A stretch of DNA of 64,000 bases from Sandaracinaceae bacterium (GTDB lineage Bacteria > Myxococcota_A > Polyangia > Polyangiales > Sandaracinaceae), in contig JBGAQA010000012.1 in assembly GCA_044220955.1 (NCBI GenBank), forward strand, positions 46,848 to 110,847. The letters run 5' to 3'. Below are positions 51,404 to 63,911 of this stretch, one piece after another (position 1 is the stretch's first letter; each line of letters begins with the position of its first letter). Both the position numbers and the translations under genes were made by a program. Under the pieces are notes generated by a model. That model ran no database searches. It worked only from the letters and a program-made list of their open reading frames with translations, and was not told the origin of the DNA.

Positions 51404-51415
51404 GCGAAGCGCCCG

Positions 51416-53152
51416 TCACATGCCGCCGCCGATCCCGATCCGCCGCGACACGAAGCCGGCGCGACGGCTGCCGATCTCGACGTCGAGCGAGCCGCGCCCG
51501 CGGACGACCCAGCGCAGCGTCCGCGTGGCGTCGCTGCCGGGGCTCATCGCGTAGAAGATCCCCTGCTCGAACGCCCCGAGCCCCCTGCCCCAGCCCTCGA
51601 GGTGGCCGAGCACGACGCGCGCGCGCCCGGGCTCCTCGAGCGTGCACCCCTCGGTCCGCACCGACGCCGAGAGCGGCTCGTTGACGGGCTCGCTCTTGCG
51701 TCCGCGCATCCCGTACGTGGGCAGGTAGCCCTGGTTCTCGACGGTGACCGACACCGCCGTCACGTCCTCGCGCAGCGGCGTGAGCTCGACGCGCGCGATG
51801 ACGACCCGCGGAACGAGCGAGGCCACGCGCATCATCAGCGACGACTGGGCCTCGCAGACGCCCGGCAGCTCCTCGTAGGGTGGGTTCGTGATGCCCACGC
51901 GGCGGTCGAGCCCGCCGACCTCGACCTCGCCGAGCTGGGGGTGCGTCACGCGCACCCAGGGCACGAAGAGCCGCGATCGGTTCTGCGCAGCGTCCCACCG
52001 GGCCAGGGCGATCATGTCGTCCCGCCGCAGCGACGTGTACCGATCGACGAACTTCTTCGGCAGCTTCATCCCGAGGCGCGGGAAGAGGTCCCAGAGCTCG
52101 CAGACGTAGCTGAGCGCACCGCGGTGCTCGTACGCCCACTCCGAGAGCGCGCCGTAGAGGGGCTTGCCCGGCTCGTAGAGGAATTCGTCGTAGCCGCTGA
52201 CCATCGGGTAGCCCGTGATCTGCTCGGCCCACTCGCCGACCTGCTTGTACACGCCGAGGTCGAAGGGGCACATCTGATCGTCGGGCGCATCTCCCGGCGG
52301 CCGGATGAAGCAGCCGCCGAACGTGTGGAGGTTCAGCCAGACGAACACGTTGGGGCGGGCGACCGCGGCCTCGAGGATCGCGCGGGCCTCGGGCTCGCTG
52401 CCTGGATAGTCGCCGGCCCCGATCTGATCGCTCGCCGTCCGCCAGTGGAACGGGAAGTTCCGGTTGAGGTCGGGGTAGTTGTCGCCGAGGTAGCCCGGCG
52501 CGGGGATCGTCTCCCCGTCGAAGTGCTCGACGTGCCCCTCGGGGAAGAGCCGGTAGTAGGGCGGCGGGTCGTCGATCGTGCGCGGCACCATGACGCCCGG
52601 AGCGCCCGGGCACACGACGTAGTCGCCCGTCGGGTCCTCCTTGCGCATCGAGAGCGCGAGGCCGTCACCGTCCACGTCGCGGGCGATCCAGCGCGGCGCG
52701 CCGCCGTGCAGCCGCGTGTCCCGGGGCACGGAGCGCACGTAGCGCCCCGTCGTCAGCACGGCCTCGGCGCCGTCGGGCGAGATCCGCGGCACCACGTAGA
52801 AGAGGGCCCCGGCGAGGATGCGGCGCAGGTGCGGTGCGAGCGTCTGCGCCGACGGCTCGTCGAGGTGGACTGCGAGCGCGTCCTCGGCGATGGCGAGCGC
52901 GACCGAGGACCCGGCGAGCTCGCTCGCGTGCATGTTCGCGTCGACCCAGATCGCGGGGCGCGCGCGGTCCGGCTCCGCGCCGATCGTCAGCATCCAGACG
53001 TCGCGCCCCTCGGGCGTCTTGCCGAGCGAGCCGAGGTGCGCGATCGACGGGAACGCGCCGGCCCACGCGTGGAGCTGCGCGGTCAGGGTGGTGTAGTCGA
53101 GGTAGCTCTTGCGGAAGCCGCGCGAGAGCGAGGCGAGGGACGGCGTGGCCAT
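51416..53152 (-). CDS. M14 family zinc carboxypeptidase
   Basis: LGKTPEGR, HASE, SPDG, DLNRNFP, SEPE and LNLHT motifs. Confidence 0.92.
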   Translation of the reverse strand: MATPSLASLSRGFRKSYLDYTTLTAQLHAWAGAFPSIAHLGSLGKTPEGRDVWMLTIGAEPDRARPAIWVDANMHASELAGSSVALAIAEDALAVHLDEPSAQTLAPHLRRILAGALFYVVPRISPDGAEAVLTTGRYVRSVPRDTRLHGGAPRWIARDVDGDGLALSMRKEDPTGDYVVCPGAPGVMVPRTIDDPPPYYRLFPEGHVEHFDGETIPAPGYLGDNYPDLNRNFPFHWRTASDQIGAGDYPGSEPEARAILEAAVARPNVFVWLNLHTFGGCFIRPPGDAPDDQMCPFDLGVYKQVGEWAEQITGYPMVSGYDEFLYEPGKPLYGALSEWAYEHRGALSYVCELWDLFPRLGMKLPKKFVDRYTSLRRDDMIALARWDAAQNRSRLFVPWVRVTHPQLGEVEVGGLDRRVGITNPPYEELPGVCEAQSSLMMRVASLVPRVVIARVELTPLREDVTAVSVTVENQGYLPTYGMRGRKSEPVNEPLSASVRTEGCTLEEPGRARVVLGHLEGWGRGLGAFEQGIFYAMSPGSDATRTLRWVVRGRGSLDVEIGSRRAGFVSRRIGIGGGM

Positions 53153-53227
53153 GCGCGACGCGAGGATAGCCTCTGCGCGCCGAGCGCGGCCATCCGCCCT
53201 GCGGGCGACGCCGCGGCCACGGTCCCC

Positions 53228-54712
53228 TCAGTCGCAGTAGCCGTACTCCGCATACGACTGCGAGAACGCCTCCGCGCCGCCCTCGTACCACGCGCGCACG
53301 ACCCAGAACCCCTGCCAGCAGTCGTGCGAGTAGTGGATGGGGAACGTCGTGTGAACGCGGACGCGCCAGCCGGCCAGGCCGCCGACGTCGGCCGGCCGCG
53401 CGTCCACGCTGCCGGCCGGGAGCGCGAGCGCGACCACGGCGCCGGTCCCGACGGGGACACCGTCGACCGACACGGTCGCGCTCGGCGCGAGCCGCAACGT
53501 CGCGACGGGTGCCGCCTCGCGCGGGCCGAAGCGCGCGTAGCCCAGCACCCCCGCGATCGAGAGGACGAACAGCGTCAGCCCCACGAGCCCAAAGCGGCGC
53601 CCATCCGCTCGCGGTGGTGAGGTGACCGTCGGGCCGGGGGCGGCCTCGTCGAGGGCGCCCGACGACGCCTGCCCCGCGGCATCGGCTCCACGATCGAGGC
53701 GCCGCTGCGGCGTCGTGGCCAGGCCGCTGCGCCGCCGTCGTCCCGTGGAGGGCGGGCCCGAGACGGGCGGCGGTCGAACGGACTGGGTCTGGATCTGGCC
53801 GGAGAGCGCCGGCCGCCAGACCTCCACGGCTCGCGGCGACGCGAACGGCAGGAGCGCCAGTCCGAGCGCCTCCACGGTCGGGAAGCGGTCCTCGCGCGCG
53901 CCCGAGAGCGCGCGCATCACCACGCTCTCGAGATCCTCGGGGATCCACGACTTGAACGCGCGGAGCGGTGGCACCTCGCCGCGCGCGACCTCGTGGATCA
54001 GCTGCACGGCGGTCTGCCCCTCGTACGGAAGGCGGCCGACGAGCGCCTCGTAGAGGATGATGGCCAGAGAGAACTGATCACTGAGCGCGTCGACGTCGTG
54101 CTCGCCACGCGCCTGCTCCGGCGACATGTAGTCGGGTGTACCGAGCACCGAGCCCAGCTCGGTCACGCGCTCGTCGTCCGCGCCGTCCACGATGTGCGAG
54201 ATGCCGAAGTCGAGCACCTTGGGGAACGCCCGGCCGCTCGGGTCGCGCGCGAGGAAGATGTTCTCGGGCTTGAGGTCGCGGTGAACGACCCCGCGCCGGT
54301 GCGCGGCGCCCAGCGCGGCGACGACCGGGACGAGGTAGTCGACGATGCGCTCCGGGGCGAGGATGATCTCGCGGTCGAGCACGGTGGCGAGGGTCTCGCC
54401 CTCCAGGAGCTCCATCACGAGGTACACGTAGTCGCCGTCGGCTCCGACGTCGGTGATGTCCACGACGTGCGGGTGGTGCACCCGTGCAGCGGCGCGGCCC
54501 TCGCGCAGGAACCGGCGTCGGATCTCCTCGTTCTCGGCGAGCTCCGGCTTGAGGACCTTGATCGCGACGCGCTTGTCGAGCTGGCGGTGGCGGGCGACGA
54601 ACACGACGGCCATCCCACCGCGGCCGAGGAACGACTCGATCTCGTACGGACCGACCGTGTGACCCACGGCGAAGGGCAGGCTCGGTCCGCGCGAGGTCGG
54701 GTCGGTGCTCAT
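53228..54712 (-). CDS. Hanks-type Ser/Thr kinase with TM helix and partial PEGA-like extracellular region
   Basis: GRGGMA, VAIK, HRDLKPEN, DFGIS and YMSPEQ motifs, a TM helix and ATVSVDG. Starts 2 nt after the TonB receptor stop. Confidence 0.9.
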   Translation of the reverse strand: MSTDPTSRGPSLPFAVGHTVGPYEIESFLGRGGMAVVFVARHRQLDKRVAIKVLKPELAENEEIRRRFLREGRAAARVHHPHVVDITDVGADGDYVYLVMELLEGETLATVLDREIILAPERIVDYLVPVVAALGAAHRRGVVHRDLKPENIFLARDPSGRAFPKVLDFGISHIVDGADDERVTELGSVLGTPDYMSPEQARGEHDVDALSDQFSLAIILYEALVGRLPYEGQTAVQLIHEVARGEVPPLRAFKSWIPEDLESVVMRALSGAREDRFPTVEALGLALLPFASPRAVEVWRPALSGQIQTQSVRPPPVSGPPSTGRRRRSGLATTPQRRLDRGADAAGQASSGALDEAAPGPTVTSPPRADGRRFGLVGLTLFVLSIAGVLGYARFGPREAAPVATLRLAPSATVSVDGVPVGTGAVVALALPAGSVDARPADVGGLAGWRVRVHTTFPIHYSHDCWQGFWVVRAWYEGGAEAFSQSYAEYGYCD

Positions 54713-54714
54713 CG

Positions 54715-57678
54715 TCACAACGTCAGCGAGAGCGAGAACATCAGCGACCGGCCGGGCTGGGGCATCGTCCGCGAAGGGAAAGGCAGGACGGGCAGTGGAT
54801 ACTGCCAGTCGAACAGGTTGTAGACGCCGAGCGAGTAACGCAGGCCCAGCTCGCTCGCGGCGCCGCTCAGGACGACGTCGGCGACTGCGGCCCAGCCCGT
54901 CTCCGCGTCGGAGCTCAGGTCGATGCGCCGCTGGCCCTCGGCGCTCACGCGGACGGCGGCCTGCAGGTAGCGCTCGACGACGGGTGCGATCAGCCGGATC
55001 GAGCCGGTGAGCGGCGGTACGTTCGGGACGCGGTCGTTGCTCGTTCCCGCAGGGGTCGCGAGGTAGCGAGCGTCCAGGGCACCCGCCTGGACGTCGAGCA
55101 TCCACCCGTTGCGCAGCTCGCGGCGCACCTGGACGTCGACGCCGTAGATCGCCACGTCCCCCTGGATGTTCCCGTAGTACGCCGCGTCGGGATACATCAT
55201 CGCGACGTCCGCGGGCGGGGGCAGCGTGTCGACGAGCCGCTGCGCGAGCTGGAAGTGAGCGGATGCCAGCGCGGACCAGTCGTCGTCGAAGTGGTGCGTG
55301 TACTCGAGCTCGCCCGCGTACAGCGTCTCGGGCTGCAGCGTCCGGCCGCAGCAGGTCGAGGTGAGCTGCGTGGCTCCGCCGTCCGTGTAGTAGTTCTCGT
55401 AGACGCTCGGGGCCCGGAACGCGCGCCCGCCGATCAGCTTGAGGTTGTCCGCCGGCGAGAGCCGGAAGATCAGCGCGAGGCGAGGGTTGACGGTGAAGAA
55501 GTCGGGGACGTCGGTCGCGGTGCCCGGCTGGGGGTTGTCCCAGTAGTCGAAGCGCACGCCGGTGCTCACGTGCAGCTCGTGGACGGGCTCCCAGTCGCCG
55601 AGCGCGTACGCCGAGAAGACGTCGTAGGGGCGGCGGACGTCCATGATCGACTCGGTGGCGAACGTGCCCGTCGCGTCGTCGAGCGTCTGCTGGCTGCCGC
55701 GCATCTGCACGAGCGGGTGGACCACCGCCTCGCCGCCCGCCGTCAGCCTGAGCTGTGGCACGACCTGGAACACGCCGCGGAGCTCTCCCCCCGCCCAGAC
55801 CCCGTCGTACGTCTCCTGATAGGGCTGCTCGTACGCGCGCATCGTCCGCGGGTCCGTCTGCGTCGTGCCGTACAGGTAGTCGAGGTGGAAGTACGTGTAG
55901 TTCACGTACGCCCGGGACAGGATCTGCACCTCGGTCGTGACGCGCGGCTCGAAGCGCACCTCGAGCAGGCCGCGCTGATCGTCGTAGTGATCGTAGTCGC
56001 CCCGGTCGAAGAGCGTGGCGAACGAGCCCGTCGGGACGCGCTGCTGCCGCGCGCCGAAGTACCACTGGATCGTGAGGGCCTCGTGGAAGAACCGGCCGGT
56101 CGTCGTGACCGCGTCGAAGTAGTCCGCCGCGTGAGCGACGTTCCGATCGACGACGCCGTCGCCGTCGGCGTCGAAGAGCATCGTGATGTCCCGCCCCTCC
56201 GAGTGCGCGCCCGACACCGAGAGCCGAAGGCCCGTGTCCACGCCGAGGCGGAGCGTGAGCGCAGCCCGGGCGCGCCCGACGGTTCCGAAGCCGGAGATCT
56301 GGGCCTCGACGTGCGTCGGCTCGTCGCGTCCCCGCGGGACCAGGTTCACGACGCCGCTCATCGCGCCGGTGCCGTAGAGCACCGACCCCGCGCCGCGCAC
56401 GATCTCGATGCGCTCGACGTCGCCGAGGTCGACGCGGCCGTCGAACCCGATGAAGGGCTGGTAGAGGATGTCCTCGTTCAGGATCGCCCCGTCCGAGAGG
56501 ATGAGGAGGCGGTTCGAGTAGTCGTTCGGCTGACCGAGACCGCGGACCGACGCGTTGGAGTAGATGCTGTCGGTCGTCAGCGCGAAGCCCCGGACCCCGC
56601 GAAGGGCCTCGTAGATGGTCGGGTACCCGAACGCCTCGATCTCCTGCGCAGAGAGGATCGAGACCGACGCGGGCGCATCGTCGACGCTCTCCACCCGCCG
56701 GCTCGCCGCCGCGATCTCGTGGCGCGCGACGAGGTGCACGTCGCGCAGCTCTGCCTGCGCGCCCTCCTCGATCGTCACGTCCGCCTCGACCGGCTGGAAG
56801 CCGGAGGCGCTGACCCGGACGTGGTGCACGCCGACCGAGAGCGACTGCACGACGGACGGCGTGAAGCCGACCGTGCGCTCGTCCACCTCGATGCGCGCGT
56901 TCGTCTCGTCGGCGGTCACCAGGAGCGAGCCGGTGAGGGCGCTCAGGGACGCGAGGATCGTCTGCGCCTCGTCGCGCACGACGGTGAGATAGAGGACGTG
57001 CTGGCCCGGGGGCAGCGAGATCTCGCAGGGGCTCGTGCACGCGGCCTCGCCGTCCTCGCGGTCGACCCGGACGGTCGCACCTTCGCCGGCGATGGCGACG
57101 GTGCCCTCGATCCTCGGCAGCTCGAGGCGCACCGTGACCCGGTCGCCGACGCGCGCCTCGAACGCATCGGAGGTCGTCAGGACGTGCCCCTCGAGCTCGG
57201 CGAGGATGCGGTGAGAGCCGGCGGGGAGCGCGAGCGATCGCGGCGCGACGCCGACCGAGCCGAGATCGCGCCGGTCCACGAAGAGCGAAGCGCCGCTCGG
57301 TGTCGTCTCCACGACGACGAGCGCCAGCTGCGGAGCGAGCGAGGCGAGCGAGGCCTCGATCTGACGGCGCGTCTCCGGGTCGGGCTCCCCCGCGAGGGCG
57401 TCCTCGTAGTAGCGATAGGCGTCGGCCGGGCGATCGAGGCGCTCGTACGCCCGCGCGATGTCGTAGACGACGTTGTGGTTGGGCACGAGCCGGTTGCTCG
57501 CGAGGAAGTGCTCGAGCGCGCGCAGGAAGTCGCCGTCGCGGTACGCCTCGATCCCGAGCTGGAAGTGCAGGTCGGCCTCGTCGGCGACCCCGTCCGCGAC
57601 GGCGCTCGCCGGTACGAGCGAGAGGCACGCGCAGCCGAGCAAGAGGATCGTCGGGCAGCCTGCGCGCTTCGGGAGCAT
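54715..57678 (-). CDS. TonB-dependent receptor with N-terminal TPR and PEGA domains
   Basis: Signal peptide, TPR, PEGA repeats, plug motifs AASR......APASVS and IEIVRGAGSVLYG, barrel ending YNLFD...QPGRSLMFSLSLTL. Confidence 0.92.
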   Translation of the reverse strand: MLPKRAGCPTILLLGCACLSLVPASAVADGVADEADLHFQLGIEAYRDGDFLRALEHFLASNRLVPNHNVVYDIARAYERLDRPADAYRYYEDALAGEPDPETRRQIEASLASLAPQLALVVVETTPSGASLFVDRRDLGSVGVAPRSLALPAGSHRILAELEGHVLTTSDAFEARVGDRVTVRLELPRIEGTVAIAGEGATVRVDREDGEAACTSPCEISLPPGQHVLYLTVVRDEAQTILASLSALTGSLLVTADETNARIEVDERTVGFTPSVVQSLSVGVHHVRVSASGFQPVEADVTIEEGAQAELRDVHLVARHEIAAASRRVESVDDAPASVSILSAQEIEAFGYPTIYEALRGVRGFALTTDSIYSNASVRGLGQPNDYSNRLLILSDGAILNEDILYQPFIGFDGRVDLGDVERIEIVRGAGSVLYGTGAMSGVVNLVPRGRDEPTHVEAQISGFGTVGRARAALTLRLGVDTGLRLSVSGAHSEGRDITMLFDADGDGVVDRNVAHAADYFDAVTTTGRFFHEALTIQWYFGARQQRVPTGSFATLFDRGDYDHYDDQRGLLEVRFEPRVTTEVQILSRAYVNYTYFHLDYLYGTTQTDPRTMRAYEQPYQETYDGVWAGGELRGVFQVVPQLRLTAGGEAVVHPLVQMRGSQQTLDDATGTFATESIMDVRRPYDVFSAYALGDWEPVHELHVSTGVRFDYWDNPQPGTATDVPDFFTVNPRLALIFRLSPADNLKLIGGRAFRAPSVYENYYTDGGATQLTSTCCGRTLQPETLYAGELEYTHHFDDDWSALASAHFQLAQRLVDTLPPPADVAMMYPDAAYYGNIQGDVAIYGVDVQVRRELRNGWMLDVQAGALDARYLATPAGTSNDRVPNVPPLTGSIRLIAPVVERYLQAAVRVSAEGQRRIDLSSDAETGWAAVADVVLSGAASELGLRYSLGVYNLFDWQYPLPVLPFPSRTMPQPGRSLMFSLSLTL

Positions 57679-57879
57679 CGAGATCATGGGGTCGAATCGC
57701 CGGCGCGGCGGCAAGCCGACCGGGCGATTCGACGCCCGCCGAGCACGCCGCGTGCCCGTCACGGGGCCCCTGCGGCTCCGCCCGATCGCGCCGGCCGGGA
57801 ACCGAGCTGTGGGGCGCGACCTACGACCCTCGTCGGCTGCCCCCGACGACTCCCCGGCGCGCGGCCGACCGAGAGGCCG

Positions 57880-59103
<1,224 letters not shown>

Positions 59104-59104
59104 C

Positions 59105-60340
59105 TCAGGGCCCCAGGACGCGGACGGGCACGCTCTGCGCGACGGCGCCGGTCGCGCCGCAGCTGCCCTCGCGGTTGCGCCCCCAGCACCATACGGCGCC
59201 GGCCGCGTCCAGCGCGCAGGCGTGGGCGTCGCCGAGCGCGAGCGACACGACGCCCGAGAGCCCGCTCACCGAGACGGGGACCACGCTGCCGCTCGTCCCG
59301 CCGTTGCCGAGCTGGCCCTCGTTGCCGGCGCCCCAGCAGCGCACGGCGCCGCCGCTCACGAGGGCACAGCTGAAGTGCTGGCCGACGGCGATCGCGGTCG
59401 CGCCCTCCACGCCGGCCACGCGCCCCGGCGTCGGGCGCGACGCCGCCGCGTTGCCGACCTGCCCCTCGTTGCCGCGGCCCCAGCACCAGACGCCGCCCGA
59501 CGCGTCGCGCGCGCACGCGTGCGTACGACGGCTGACCGCGACCTCGACCGCGCCTTCGACGGCGACGCGTCCGGGGACGCTGGCGTTCGCCATGCTGCCC
59601 GTGCCGAGCGCGCCGTCGAAGCCGCGCCCCCAGCACGAGAGGCCGCTCGCGTCGATCGCGCACGTCGTCGAGCCGCCGCTCGAGACCGAGCGCACCTCGC
59701 GCAGGCCCGTGACCGCGACGAGGTCGGCGGAGGCCTCGCCCTCCAGGCCGGCGCCGAGCTGCCCGTACTGGTTCGCGCCGCGGCACCGGAGCGCGCCCGA
59801 GGCGAGCGCGCAGAGGACGGAGCCGTCGGCGCTCGGGACGAGCGTGGTGCCCGTCGTCACGCCGTCGATCACGAGCGCGTCGGCGGTCCAGTCCTCGGGC
59901 GAGTGCGCGACGTGTCCGAGCGGCTGCACGTCCCAGGTGCCATAGCTCACGAGCTGCGTGTCGCCGATGCGGACGACGGGCTGGCTGCCCTGCATCATGA
60001 GCGCCGTCGCGCCGCCGCTCCGGACGAGCTCGGTCGGCGTGGTGCGCTGGCCGAGGATCGCGGTCCGGGGCGCGAGGAGCGTGAGGATGTCGTCGAAGCC
60101 CCAGCAGAACGCGCGGTGGTCGGCGGTGAGGGCGCACGAGTGGTTCCCCCCGACGCCGATCGCGATCGCGCGTCCCGGTGGCTGTCCGGAGATCGCGGGA
60201 GCCGGTGTCGGGGGCAGGGTGGTGGTCGGGGGCGGGTGCGCGCGGCGACGGTGTGGCCCGCGTCTGCCGTCCTGCGCGGCGCCGAGCGCGGCCCACGCGA
60301 CCACGATGCCGATCCCGACGGCGACGCCGATGGTCTTCAT
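59105..60340 (-). CDS. Secreted RCC1/BLIP-II repeat protein
   Basis: Signal peptide and repeated H.CA....G.V.CWG.N..GQ.G units. Confidence 0.9.
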   Translation of the reverse strand: MKTIGVAVGIGIVVAWAALGAAQDGRRGPHRRRAHPPPTTTLPPTPAPAISGQPPGRAIAIGVGGNHSCALTADHRAFCWGFDDILTLLAPRTAILGQRTTPTELVRSGGATALMMQGSQPVVRIGDTQLVSYGTWDVQPLGHVAHSPEDWTADALVIDGVTTGTTLVPSADGSVLCALASGALRCRGANQYGQLGAGLEGEASADLVAVTGLREVRSVSSGGSTTCAIDASGLSCWGRGFDGALGTGSMANASVPGRVAVEGAVEVAVSRRTHACARDASGGVWCWGRGNEGQVGNAAASRPTPGRVAGVEGATAIAVGQHFSCALVSGGAVRCWGAGNEGQLGNGGTSGSVVPVSVSGLSGVVSLALGDAHACALDAAGAVWCWGRNREGSCGATGAVAQSVPVRVLGP

Positions 60341-60407
60341 GCCCGCAATCTACGCCGGAGACGTCCGTGCGCGCACTCGTCCTCGAGAGCTCGGGGGCCG
60401 TGGGCCT

Positions 60408-61457
<1,050 letters not shown>

Positions 61458-61495
61458 CGGCGCGGAGTGTGGGCGAGCTCGGGCGCTCGGGCGAG

Positions 61496-62080
61496 CTACG
61501 ACGGCGCGGGCGGGTCCGCGGGGTCTCGGGCCGACACCCCGGCCCGCCACATCACGATGCCCCACGCCAACCCCACGGTCTGGAACAGGACGAATCCGGT
61601 CCCCATCAGCGGGAAGGTCCAGGCCGTCTCGGCGCGGTCGACGTAGGTGAGGACCAGCAGCGCCGAGAAGGGGACGCACGAGAGCCAGCCGAGCAGCTTC
61701 AGCCACCAGGCGAAGCCCGGGTACGTGTTGATGAGGGAGATCGCCATCACCATCACGAAGATCCCCGAGCAGAACGCGAAGAGCCACTGGCCGTCGAGCA
61801 CGTCCGCCGCGAGCGTCGGGAGCGTCGCGTAGAAGATGCCGTTCGCGATCGCGAGGATGTAGAAGCCGGACGACGGAACGTCCCAGCCCTCGCGGCCCAG
61901 CTTGGCCGCGGACAGCGTGTTCGCGCACATGAACGACGCGGCGCCGACGAGCCAGATGGAAATCTGTGCGGGCGAGCCGCGTGAGAAGGCGGACCCGACG
62001 AGCCCGCAGATCGAGTTGGCGAGGTAGAAGAACGCGTTGAGATGAACGACGCGATGGATGGCGTGCGCCCGGCCCGTCAC
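61496..62080 (-). CDS. Hypothetical integral membrane protein (about 6 TM)
   Basis: Hydrophobic ORF with GC3-biased codons. TAGATT 6 nt upstream of the GTG. Confidence 0.75.
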   Translation of the reverse strand: MTGRAHAIHRVVHLNAFFYLANSICGLVGSAFSRGSPAQISIWLVGAASFMCANTLSAAKLGREGWDVPSSGFYILAIANGIFYATLPTLAADVLDGQWLFAFCSGIFVMVMAISLINTYPGFAWWLKLLGWLSCVPFSALLVLTYVDRAETAWTFPLMGTGFVLFQTVGLAWGIVMWRAGVSARDPADPPAPS

Positions 62081-62144
62081 CGCGAGAATCTATCACGCGC
62101 GGATCCGTCGCGAGGGCGACGGGCGAGGGCATGCGCCCGGGAAG

Positions 62145-63911
62145 TCAGGGCAGTGCCATCGACGGCACGGTCGGGGCGCTCGGGACCATCTCGATCGGGC
62201 TCCCTTCGCTCTGCTCCGGCGGCAGATCGGCGTCGCTCACCGCGTCCGTCGTCGTCTCGGGCGGGCGCTCGCCGTTGTCGAGCAGGAAGGGGTGCGCGTT
62301 CCACGTGCCGCACTGGCCCGGGCCGCGGTCGAAGCGCCAGCGCAGCCACGCGTGTCCGTCGCCCGAGAGGATGATCGAGGGCGGGTGAGGGAAGGGCTGC
62401 GCCCGATAGAACGCCGTGAACACGCCGAGGTCGAAGAGCGTCTGCCCGCTCGTCTCGACGATGCCGACCTGGAACACCGATCCGTCGGGGTTGAGCGCGA
62501 TCTCGAGCGTCGCGTGCAGGTTCATGTCGTTCAGCGCGTCCTCCGGGTCCATCGGCAGCGTGCTGAGGTAGTGCTGCGCGTACTGCGGGTGGATGCGCAC
62601 GTGCATGTCGTAGATGAAGTGCGCGAAGGGCGAGGCCGCGGCGTTGAGCGCGGTCTGGTTCCCGGGGCGGATCCCGGCGATGTAGTTCTCGGACGCGGCG
62701 CGGAAGCGATCGAACATCTCGGCCGACGCGGAGCCGCGCGCGTGCGAGCGGCGACGCTCGAGGCGGGCGACGCGCTCGTGCTCGAGGCGCTCCTCGCCGT
62801 AGACGGCCTCGAGCTGCGAGTACGTGACGCCGAGCTGTGGACCCTCGCGCTCGCCCTCCGCGTGCTCGTGCGGCGCGCCGCCCTCGCGGCCGACGTGGCC
62901 GGCGTACACGCCGTGGCCGGTCGTGCCGCGTCCGGTGCCCTCGCGGTGGTGGCCGCCGGTCTCGCCGCCGCCGTCGCCTCGCGCGGCGGACCGCGGGACG
63001 AGCACCGTGTACGAGCCGAAGCCGTCGCTGATCATCACCTCGCTCATCGGCTGCCCGCCGAGCGCACGCGTCCCGCCCTCGTCGCCGAGCGAGGGGGTGC
63101 CGCTCTCGACCTGCTCCTCGTGCGCGCTCGTCGCGTCGGTGCCCTGCATGGACGCCGTGGGCGTCGGCGAGTGCGAGGGGTCGCTGGTGGCTTCTTCGGG
63201 GTCGTCGCGCTCGGCCTCCTCGGGCGTCGGCAGCCGCTCGTCCGAGCCCTCGCTGTCCCGCATGTCGGCGACGACGCTCTCGTCGGACTCGCCGGGCGTG
63301 TCGGCCGTCGATGCTTCCTCCGGCGGGCCTGCCGACGGGATCGGATCGTCGTGGGTCGCGGACGTGATCTGCGCCACCGTCTCGTCCTCGACGTGGCTGT
63401 TCTCGTCCGAGATGTACTCGGCGTCCTCGGGGGCCGGCTCGTCGGGGTTCTGGCTGTGCTGCCGGATCGACGCGCGCGCGCGCTCCTCGGGCGGAGGGGG
63501 CGACGGCGCAGGAGCGGGGGACGCCTCGGCGGGCGTGGGCGCCGGCGGCGGCGGTGTCTCGGGGGGCGGCGCCGGTGGGGGCGGCCGGACCGCGCGCGGG
63601 TGCGGGCGCTCCGGATGGCGCGGCCTCGGGTGGCGCTCGCGGTGCTCGGGCGGCGGCGCCTCCGGCTCGGTCGGCAGCGGCTCGGGCTCGGTCAGGACGT
63701 CTTCGGCCTCGGGCGTCTGCGGCGGATCGGTGAGCACGAACTCGATCTCGGACGACGTCGCGCCGTCGTGGGACGCGGAGGCCAGCAGCGCGCGCAGGTC
63801 GCCGAGCACGCCGTAGGCCTGCATGTGCGCACCGACCGACGCCACGAGCGCTACCACCAGCACCACGGCGCTGGGGACGAACACGCGGGACGACGGGGGC
63901 GGCGGCGGCAA
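62145..63911 (-). CDS. TonB-like protein (TM helix, Pro-rich and acidic linker, TonB C-terminal-like domain)
   Basis: AAGGAG RBS, N-terminal TM helix, Pro-rich segment, and C-terminal LEI.L.PDGS......TSG...FD.......AQPFP.PP. Confidence 0.8.
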   Translation of the reverse strand: MPPPPPSSRVFVPSAVVLVVALVASVGAHMQAYGVLGDLRALLASASHDGATSSEIEFVLTDPPQTPEAEDVLTEPEPLPTEPEAPPPEHRERHPRPRHPERPHPRAVRPPPPAPPPETPPPPAPTPAEASPAPAPSPPPPEERARASIRQHSQNPDEPAPEDAEYISDENSHVEDETVAQITSATHDDPIPSAGPPEEASTADTPGESDESVVADMRDSEGSDERLPTPEEAERDDPEEATSDPSHSPTPTASMQGTDATSAHEEQVESGTPSLGDEGGTRALGGQPMSEVMISDGFGSYTVLVPRSAARGDGGGETGGHHREGTGRGTTGHGVYAGHVGREGGAPHEHAEGEREGPQLGVTYSQLEAVYGEERLEHERVARLERRRSHARGSASAEMFDRFRAASENYIAGIRPGNQTALNAAASPFAHFIYDMHVRIHPQYAQHYLSTLPMDPEDALNDMNLHATLEIALNPDGSVFQVGIVETSGQTLFDLGVFTAFYRAQPFPHPPSIILSGDGHAWLRWRFDRGPGQCGTWNAHPFLLDNGERPPETTTDAVSDADLPPEQSEGSPIEMVPSAPTVPSMALP

